A DNA stretch of 64,000 nucleotides, taken from the human T2T-CHM13v2.0 reference genome, Homo sapiens. Position 1 is the first letter of the stretch. Every line of letters begins with the position of its first letter. The stretch is taken from the NCBI RefSeq assembly GCF_009914755.1, contig NC_060926.1, one strand, 5' to 3'. Of the stretch, positions 38,291 to 64,000 are shown piece by piece. The notes beneath the pieces were generated by a model, which had not been told where the DNA came from, ran no database searches, and saw only the letters and a program-made list of their open reading frames with translations. The translations under genes were made by a program, and so were the position numbers.

Positions 38291-39396
38291 CAACGTATCA
38301 AGATGTTTTGTGAGCCAGATCCTGTATTTCTCACTTAACAAACATTGATACTGAACAATTAGGAAATATTATTTTCTGATATTTGTGTTGAATGATGTAT
38401 TACTTAGTGCTGGTTTGAATCTGAAATAAGAATCAGCATGGATTTCTTTTAGATTATGTTGTAAAATTTATTTTTGCTTTAATTCAAAGAATGACAAGCA
38501 ACTTGGACCCATTTTATCAGAAGTATCTGTCTTAGATATTTGGATTCCACCCCCTCCTTTTTTTTTTTTTTTTTTTTTAAATAGAGATGGAGTCTCCCTG
38601 TGTTACCCAGGCTGGTCTTGAGCTCCTGGGCTCAAGTAATCCTGCCATCTTCGACTCCCAAAATGTTGGGATTACAGGTGTGAGTCACTGCACCCCGCCC
38701 ACATACACTAGAGCCAGCACTGCCAATAACATATTCCCTGGTGGTGTACTTTGAAAGTGTTTCATGGAATTGCAGGGTTGGAACAAATTTGGTCAGTCCT
38801 CTTACTTGGATGCTGGTTCCGTGGGGTTTGTAGGAGAGCTACCTTCTTAGATTTTGGTCTTGGTAGCTGACATGAGATCTTGAGGGAAGAGCAAAGGTGG
38901 AAAGTTCAATTCTGCATGTGCCTGAGAGCCTTAATGTGCACATTTACAAAGAAAAGGTGGTGCATGAACAGGGGGCAGCGTCCACAGTGACAGATAAGAG
39001 CTTGAGTCCACTATGAAGCCCACACAGGATCTAATTCTAAATTATTAGCTGTGCCACTTCAATCAAAGTGTGAAAACTGCACCTCATAATTTTGTCTGCA
39101 CACCAGATGAAGGCATTTAGTTCGAGCACAGCAAAAGCTCAGGTGCCTGTGGCATTGGCAAATGAGCCCTGATTAATTCTCGGAGACTTCCCTGTAATAC
39201 TATTATCTTCTTTCTAATTCCTTTGGCACATTAGTGATACGACAGAGGTGTAAGACTTGGTGCTTAAGCACTGAGTTCCCCCAGTTCCACAGCAGGAACA
39301 CAGCAGTGACCAGTGGGGGACACAAGGACACCTGGAAGCTGTCTTCTGTGCTTGGAGGGAAGGGTTGTGGGGAAAGGTTAAGCCGGTGCTAGGTAG

Positions 39397-39555
<159 letters not shown>

Positions 39556-39615
39556 TGAGCACCACCATACCAGGCTAATTTTTTTTTTTTTTTTTTTTTT
39601 TGTATTTTATGTTGA

Positions 39616-39732
<117 letters not shown>

Positions 39733-40113
39733 TAGCCCTTTCTTAAGTGATTGGTGGGAAATGGTTCCAGAAAATTGGGATAATAAATGATTGGGAATAG
39801 TGAAATTGATAGGATTGTATAATCAAATACTTCCTTCTTTTGTGGAGGAGAGAAAGGATGTGGATAGATGACATACACCTCCTTCATTGCACACCTAACT
39901 TCACCTTCTCACGCCCTGAGTCATTGCTTCTGCAGAGACCTACAGCTGAGCCGCTTCCTGGTGGTTCAGAAGGACTTCAGAAAGTTGCGCTGGGCTGGGC
40001 GAGGTGGCTGATGCCTGTAATCCCAGCACTTTGGGGGGCCAAGAGGGGCAGATCACCTGAGGATAGGAGTTTGAGACCAGCCTGGCCAACATGGTGAAAC
40101 CCCAACTCTACTA

Positions 40114-40374
<261 letters not shown>

Positions 40375-40436
40375 TCATCAGGGAGGGCCAAAAGTTTTTT
40401 TTTTTTTTTTTTGGCATTTATTACCTCCAGCTTTAA

Positions 40437-40722
<286 letters not shown>

Positions 40723-40817
40723 TGATCCACCAGTCTCGGCCTCCCAAAGTGCTGGGACTACAGGTGTGAGCCACCGCGCCCAGCCTATAATCCCAAATCT
40801 TGACCAACTACCTTTCA

Positions 40818-41205
<388 letters not shown>

Positions 41206-42588
41206 CTATTACTCACAGATATAACCTTAGAGACAGGTGGCTGTCAGTCTCAAGTGAAGATGTGCCTGTTTCCAAGTCCCCTCCCTCCCTCTCTGCTTTT
41301 GACCACATTCTCTACCCCATTCTTTGCTTCAGTAATCATCCGTCTTGATTTCCGCTTCTCCCTGGACATGGGGCCTTCAGGTAGTAACAGTGTTAGGGTC
41401 CTGTGGCAGAGAGTGCTGGTTGCCCACCAGTATCCAGGATTCTCCCCCTCTACTCCAGTGGCAATGGGACCCGCTGGAAGAGTAAACCCCGGCCTCTCTT
41501 GAGCTGTGGGTGGTTGGCTGGGAGTTCAGTTCTGGGCAAGCTGCTACTAGGAGGAACAGACAACTGTCATGTGCCCTTTGTGGGCTTAACCCCCTTCCTT
41601 CTACTTTCTGACGGAAGTGTGCATGCGACTGCAGCCTGCGTGGGCCGTGAGGTATTTATACATAGAGGCAAAGCAGTAAGGACAATATTCCCAAAGATGC
41701 TGTGGAGCCACTATATCCCAGCCCTTGACTGTCCTCTCTGGACTTCTGTCATTAGGAAAGACGTAACTTCCGTCTTGGTCTCTGTTAGTAGCAGCTGATG
41801 CATTTCCTGATAAAACCACCCGTCAAAGAAAACCTCAAACAAAACATTCATTCTAGCTTTCTACTGCCCGATGCTGAATTACTTGACATAACACAAGAGT
41901 ACTCTGTATTCCCTGCCTCTAGCTGTCACCATTGCCTTTCAGTAACTTCATGGGCCCGGCTTTTGGACTTCCATTTCCAGCACTTGAGGAACACTAAAAA
42001 ACCCACCTGATGATGACTCAAGCTGTTGGAGAAAACTTATTTTTAAATGTTATGTTCTTAACTGTTTCACTGAGTTGGTAAGAAAGGAAAACATTCTGAG
42101 AGGCCAAACACAAAGTGAAAGCAGAACTTCAGGAAGGTAAGGGGGCATTCAACTTTTCTCCCTAGGGATACAAACCAAATCTTAGTGATGCTGTGCTTCT
42201 ATTAGGATGGACTTGTGGGGCCCAGGTGACAGGGGATTAGCGTGGGGAGTGCCTAAGTTGGGGGTCTGATTAGGAAGTCTCTGTGCAAACAGCTGGAATC
42301 CCAAAAGATTGCATTCAGTGTTAGGGGAAACTGGCACTAGCTGGAAGAGAACATAGTTGTCTCTGAGATGCCAACTACAAGCCTTCCCTCATGCAGGTTT
42401 GTAGTTCTAATTCTCATGCTACATCAGGTCTAAAATCCTCTCAAACCAGGTTCTCAAAGAGGCCCTAGGCTGGGCGCGGTGGTTCATGCCTGTAATCCTA
42501 GCACTTTGGGAGGCCGAGGAGGGTGGATCATCTGAGGTCAGGAGTTCCAGAACAGCCTGGCCAACATGGTGAAAACCTGTCTCTACTA

Positions 42589-42795
<207 letters not shown>

Positions 42796-42993
42796 TCACG
42801 GCCAAAGCAACTGCATATCTATGCTAGAGCACACCTTTGATTTAGCCTCAAATGCTCTCCACAGATAAAGCCCCAGCCGGGCACAGTAGCTCACGCCTGT
42901 AATCCCAGCACTTCGGGAGGCTGAGGCGGACGGATCACAAGGTCAGGAGATCAAGACCATCCTGGCTAACACGGTGAAACCCCGTTGCTACTA

Positions 42994-43242
<249 letters not shown>

Positions 43243-43559
43243 TCAGGAGATGGAGACCATCCCGGTTAACATGGTGAAACCCTGTCTCTACTAAAAATAC
43301 AAAAAATTAGCCAGGCGTGGTGGCGGGCGCCTGTGGTCCCAACTGCTCCGGAGGCTGAGGTAGGAGAATGGCGTGAACCCGGGAGGCGGAGCTTGCAGTG
43401 AGCCGAGACTCCGTCTCAAAAAAAAAAAAAAAAGAAAAAGATGCCCTAAGCTGGTAGTACCTCTGAGCTCATAGCCAAAGCAACTGCGTATCTATGCTAG
43501 AACACACCTTTGATTTAGCCTCAAACTCTCTCCTAGAAGCTCCAAGAACATGAGCTTCT

Positions 43560-49813
<6,254 letters not shown>

Positions 49814-49871
49814 TCAGTTCTTGATTGTCATGTGTCTATAGTAAAGTGCCAGAACTAAAGGGACACATAGG

Positions 49872-50600
<729 letters not shown>

Positions 50601-50630
50601 GAGTCTGAACTTGCACAGAGTTTGGTTCTA

Positions 50631-52177
<1,547 letters not shown>

Positions 52178-52261
52178 TTAAAAGATCTTGCTTGGACAAA
52201 ATGGAATGTAGATTTTTGTTACATATCCCTCTTGTGCATACATTTTTTAAAAGGTAAAATA

Positions 52262-55670
<3,409 letters not shown>

Positions 55671-56625
55671 TAAGTTGGTAAAGGTATTCCTAAAAATGTC
55701 CTTCCATTCAGAGTCCAGCTCTAGTGTCTTTTCTGCTAGTTTTGATGCTGGTGCTTTCTTGATCCCACCAGAAGGTGGCATGCAGTGACAACTTTCTTTT
55801 TCTTTTTTTCTTTTTTCGAGACGGAGTCTCACTCTGTCGCCAGACTGGAGTGCTGTGGTGCAATCTCAGCTCACTGCAACCTCCGACTCCTGGTTCAAGC
55901 GATTCTCCTGCCTCAGCCTCCTGAGTAGCTGGGATTACAGGCATGCACTGCCATGCCTGGCTAATTTTTGTATTTTTAGTAGAGACAGAGTTTCACCATA
56001 TTGGCCAGGATGGTCTCGATCTCCTGACCTCGTGATCCACCCGCCTTGGCCTCCCAAAGTGCTGGGATTACAGGCGTGAGCCACCGCGCCTGGCCTGTGA
56101 CAACTTGATCACAGCTGCCACCTGCCACAGTAACCATAAGATGCACCCTGACCTCAGAGATATTAACAATGAGGGGAGGATGCTTAGAACCCATGAAATG
56201 TTGTAGTTTTATCCCACAATAGATGAAGGTGTGTTAGGTTATTTTAACCTGACCCTTCTAGCTTTTAATTTTGAAGGCAGATCTTTAACTCCCTGAATCT
56301 GTTTATTGACATTTAAAATACTGAATATACCAACTTCCTGAGAAGAAAAAGGCTGTTAATATCCCTGGAATATATATAAAATACAACTTTAAAAAAAAAA
56401 TTAAAAACCAGTACTTTTCTTTGGTAAGTAACTCTCTCTGAGATGACAATCAGAAAAATTTAAAGAAACCTTGCAAAATACAGCTACATGTTTTACATGA
56501 AAATTATACTTAATAAAAAGTTGAATAATTAACAAATCAATCCTTTGTCTTTTAGCAAATGTTACAGAAAAGCATCACAAACTTGCAACTTTTTGTTCCA
56601 TCTGAGATTTGAGATACCTAAATGA

Positions 56626-57087
<462 letters not shown>

Positions 57088-57690
57088 TAGCCAGGATGGT
57101 CTCGATCTCCTGACCTCGTGATCCGCCAGCCTCGGCCTCCCAAAGTGCTGGGATTACAGGCGTGAGCCACCGCATTGGGCCGGCAGTTATCTTTCTTAAG
57201 TAGCAGTTCTATTTCTCAGTATAAATTAATGCTGCAGTTCCTAAACCATTTGCTGAAGTGCCTCTGAACCCAGTAGCAAGTTCGTGGGCACAGGATAAGT
57301 TCTCAAGGGAAGCGCTGCAATACTGAACATTTATTGAATACTTCAGGAACCACCAGCTCCCAACAGTTCGCAGTTCCAATATTAGCTTGCGCTACATTCC
57401 TTTGATCTTTCTGAAGTTGGGTTTTTAGCGGTTGCTGTGATAAAAGCAGGTAGAGCTCAAATCAATGTGGAGCAGGATATGAGGGAGAGGTATCTCCAAT
57501 TTCAAGGTTGGAGGACTTATGCAGCATCCAACAGGTACTTACTCACATTAATAGGTAATTTTCCTTTCACTTTTCATATATATTTGGTCAAGCATCTAAA
57601 AGTTTAAGACATAAAACCTTAATAAATTGTTTGACAAAAATAAAAATAAAAATAAATTGTTTGGCGCTAACTGCTTAATAAAAGTCGTTA

Positions 57691-58912
<1,222 letters not shown>

Positions 58913-60729
58913 TATTTCTTTTGACTTAGGCGCACAATGAAAAAAATACTGAGCCATGAACCAATGGAAGTTTAGGAACCTCTGAATTAAAAATTTGGTA
59001 TTCTGATTTATAATTAAATCTGAACCTATGTTAATTGCTACAGTTCTCGAGACTCAATTACCTCTGAATTAACAAAGGAGCTTGTTGAATATGTCAGGCT
59101 GAGGACTAGACCCTGAAACCCAGGGTGACTCCAAATTGCCCCGAAAGGACCCACCTTCCTGGAGCAGATGGCTTCATCTTTGTTTTTATCATCACCTACA
59201 GCAGAGCTTGGCAGCCTCTCATGGTGCCAAACGAGTGTGTTTAATCTTCCTATGCCTCCATTTTCTCATCTGTGAAAAGGATCCAACTCCTATGATTGTG
59301 CGGGGATTTAATGAGCTAAGATTTCTCAGTACTTAGCTGAGGTTTTGTTTACTTAGAAGAGTTTCATTGTTGTTGCTCTTGCAATAATAGTGACCATCGT
59401 CATCATCACTGTCGTCAGCAGCAGCGTCTTAGTATTTGAAAGCATTGAAGCTTTGACATCATGAAAGATTTGCTAATTTGGGATTAATTGTTTGGTCTAG
59501 TACTTGCAGTTACAAACAGGGCCTTACGTGACTCATAACTCTTAAGGTAGGTTTTTAGTACAATTTGGGGAGACTCTTAAATGACATCTTTTAATGCTTT
59601 TATTTAGAGAATTTCATATAGTTTTCCTCCCTTTTATGTTTCCACCATTACACCATCCTCCTTGTATAATCTATTTTTTCTAATCGTACTCTCGCATTTT
59701 TCTTAGGATGTTAAAAAACACCCATCTCTGCCTCTAGATCAACCTTTACCTTTTTGGTTTCTTAGCCAGAGGTGGGTCTTGCAGTATAAAGCAGAGGAGG
59801 GCTTTGTGTTGTCACAGTGGGACTTTTATCACTTTCCAAGACAACTCTCCTCCACCTGCATTACATTCTGGGTCCTTTGACTTTTTAAAATCTACAACCT
59901 CTACTTGCATCACACTCAACTGGGTTATCTCAGAGTATTCATAAGCTCGTGTAATGGACCCACCCTCTAAGTTACAGGCAGAGCATCAGCATGGAAAGAG
60001 GCGGTTGGAGCCATGTTAGCCCACGTGCTGAGCTCTGTTGCATCTGGGTTATTCTTTCTATCCTCGGGGATTCCAAGAGGTGAATTATTTTAGAATAATG
60101 TCCAGCCCATAGAGGCATGTGACCACATTCAAAGAGAGTGGATGAAGGTCACTGGAGTTCAAGGTACATTTTCCACTTTTGGTGGTGTTAGAATGAGTAC
60201 GAGAAAAATAGAACCAGAGAGGCACAGGCCGTGAAGCCGAATGGAAGTCTCTGAACTTGAGGACTCCCTCCCACGCTCCTTGCTTCCCCTTCCCTAACTT
60301 GCCTCAGCAGATCCAGTGGCTTATATTCCACCGAACATAATCTGGACAGTGAGAAGTTTTGGGAGAATTAACTTTGTGTTAGTGGATATGTTTTTATGCT
60401 TCAATCGGCAAACAATACATGGGGAGGGAATCTCTTCAAAATGAATTCTGAGTCATACAGGATGGGCTTGAGATGATTTGTAAAGCTGTGGCTTCTATCA
60501 AATGGATGCAGTTTCCTCCCAGAACTTTCCCAGTGTTCTCCTGTATTTGTAACTTCTCATAGTTCTTACCCTAAAACTGGTAAGCACGTAATTTAAAGAA
60601 AGAAAGGGGCAAGGAAGGAAGGGAGGGATGGAAGGAAGGAAGGAAGAATTGGTGATGTTTGAAAGCCCTCTCTTGGCAATTATGTTTAAATTAATGTTTG
60701 TATCTTTTGTTCTGCAAGTAGAACAGTAG

Positions 60730-60954
<225 letters not shown>

Positions 60955-61390
60955 TAGCCAGGATGGTCTCGATCTCCTGACCTCGTGATCCGCCCGTCTC
61001 GGCCTTCCAAAGTGCTGGGATTACAGGCATGAGCCACCGCGCCTGGCCAAAGCGACACCATTTTTATTCACTTTTATTTGTTTAAAAAAGATCAACTGGG
61101 CCTGGCATAATGGCTCATACCTGTAATCCCAGCACTTTGTGAGGCTGAGGCAGACAGATTTCTTAAGCTCAAGAGTTTGAGACCAACCTGGGCAACATGG
61201 TGAAACCCTGTCTCTACAAAAAAATACTAAAATTAGCCAGCATGGTGGTACATGCCTATAGTCCCTGCTACTCAGGAGGCTGAGGTGGGAAGATCACCTG
61301 AGCCTGGGGAGGTTGAGGCTGCAGTGAGCTGTGATCCCTCCACTGCACTTCAGCCTGGGCAATAGAGTGAAAGCCCATCTCAAAAACAAA

Positions 61391-61421
<31 letters not shown>

Positions 61422-61537
61422 AAATAAAAATAAAGATCAACCAGGCCAGGTGCGGTGGCTCACACCCGTAATCCCAGAACTTTGGGAGGCCGAGGCAGGT
61501 GGATCACGAGGTTGGGAGATCGAGATCATCCTGGCTA

Positions 61538-62059
<522 letters not shown>

Positions 62060-64000
62060 TGAGCCAGTGCACCCAGTGGGAAGGATTTTTAAGTATATAG
62101 AGTGGAGGAGACTTTTGTAGGTGATTTATACATGATCTAATGGCACTCCAAGCAGGATCTGACCCCATGGCTCCAGGAAAAACTTTTAAATGGTGGAAGT
62201 AGAGTTAGGAAAAAGAGTTTCTGCTAGAAGGCCACAAAGCATTATACTTTATTGATTAGGATGTGCTAGTGGGTGCATATAAATGTTTATGGAAGCAGAC
62301 ACATCCAGCCCCTAAGAGCTCCTGAAGGCTCTTGAAGGCCGCTATCATGCAGTGTCCTCTTTTGGAGACAGCAGGCCTGCTGAGTAAGCTCACAAAAACT
62401 TGGGAACTCAATGTGTACCCAAAGAAAATGACTGCTAAATGGGAGCTTGCCGCTGAAGAAGCAATCTCTGGCTGCATGCGTGGCTGCAAAGATGTAAATT
62501 AGCCCCCGCCTGGGGCCTCCAAGAAATCAGGTCAGGACCAGAAGTCATCAAAAGGCTGGTCTGAAAGACACATAATGAACTTGCCTTTTCCTAGGGAGAT
62601 AGTACCTTTTTATTAGATTTTTTCTCAAGATATGCAAAATAGATGGGTTTTCCTGGAGCCCCCAATCACTTCCTATCAAGGCAAGGCAGGAAGAAACAAA
62701 GCATGCTGGGTGGTTACCAGAGGTTGTAGGTGGAGACAATGCATGAAGATTTGAGCAGAAGCAAAATACTTGCATTCGGCCCGGCTTGGTGGCTCATGCC
62801 TGTAATCCCAGCACGTTGGGAGGCTGAGGGCGGGCAGATCCCCTGGGGTCAGGAGTTTGAGACCAGCCTGGCCAACATGGTGAGACCCTCCCTCTACTAA
62901 AAAATACCCAAAAAAAAAAAAATTTAGCCCACTGTGGTAGCGGGCACCTGTAGTCCCAGCTACTCAGGAGGCTGAGGCGGAGAATTGCTTGAACCCAGGA
63001 GGCAGAGGTTGCAGTGCCAAGATTGCGCCACCGCCCTCCAGCCTGGAGGACAGAGCAATACCCTGTGGAAAAAAAAAAAAAAAAAAAGCATGCCTTCTGT
63101 GGCCTCAGTTGGAATGCTGCCTTTCCAACTTGGTAGCTGTGTGACTTTGGGCAAGTTACATAACTCTTCTGAGTTTCAGTGTCTTCACCTGTAAAATATA
63201 GGCAGTAATACTATGGACCTCACAGACCTGTTATAGAGATGAATTTTAATTATAACACAAACTAATATTTGCATTTTGCTTAGGACAGGGTCTTGTACAC
63301 TGCAAGCTAAATAAGTGTTTATTACGTAAGCTCTTTTTTTTTTTTTTTTTTGAGACGGTCTTGCACTGTCGCCCAGGCTGGAGTACGACCTTGGCGCGCT
63401 GCAAGCTCCGCCTCCCAGGTTCACACCATTCTCCTGCCTCAGCCTCCCGAGTAGCTGGGACTACAGGCACCCGCCACCATGCCCAGCTAATTTTTTGTAC
63501 TTTTAATAGAGATGGGGTTTCACCATGTTAGCCAGGATGGTCTCCGTCTCCTGACCTCGTGATCCACCCATCTCGGCCTCCCTAAGTGCTGGGATTACAG
63601 GCGTGAGCCACTGCGCCCGGTCTACGTAAACTCTTACATCAGACTTGGAGTTCCAGTTGCTTTTGCTACCCAGCAACCCATCACAAACCTAGTGGCATGA
63701 ACAACCACCTTTTGGGACATGCTCCCAAATTCCATGGATCAAGACCCATGTGGCCAGGGCTTGCCTTTGCTCCACAATGTCTGGGGCCTCGACAAGATAG
63801 GCTCAAAACACTGGGGGAGGGCTGGGCAGGTTGGTTCACGCCTGTAATCCCAACACTTTGGGAGGCTGAGGTGGGTGGATTACCTGAGGCCAGGAGTTGG
63901 AGACCAGTGTGGCCAATATGGTGAATCCCCATCTCTACTAAGAATACAAAAAAAAATCTGCAGGACATAGTGGTGCATGCCTGTAATCCCAGCTTCTCAG

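Noticed and set aside
59300-60720. Repeat-poor stretch with TATAAA at 59785-59790
   Set aside because: No ORF, CpG island or clear exon structure. A lone hexamer is not evidence of a promoter, and conservation cannot be judged from this sequence.

Overview
Primate genomic DNA, almost certainly human. The spliced protein matches human PDCL3 as I recall it, which places the window at 2q11.2 from prior knowledge. The only supportable protein-coding gene is PDCL3 (phosducin-like 3 / PhLP2A). It lies on the + strand with a CpG-island promoter and 6 coding exons (23815-37223), all with GT-AG introns, and splices to 720 nt = 239 aa + stop. The rest is very repeat-dense. I counted about 75 Alu copies or fragments by eye, plus nested ERV1 LTRs, MaLR LTRs, L1/L2 fragments, a full-length Tigger1 and small DNA transposons. 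There are three retrocopies: an HMGN2 processed pseudogene, a U13 snoRNA pseudogene and a tailless 5S rRNA fragment. Nearly all ORFs in the supplied track come from Alus or other repeats. I did not find a convincing new gene system. The best candidates for a second look are structural: a locally templated inverted insertion inside an Alu, an inverted L1 segment, a frameshifted HMGN2 retro-ORF that keeps its nucleosome-binding domain, three-level LTR nesting, and candidate regulatory elements upstream of PDCL3. Repeat subfamily names come from recalled consensus sequences, not a database search.
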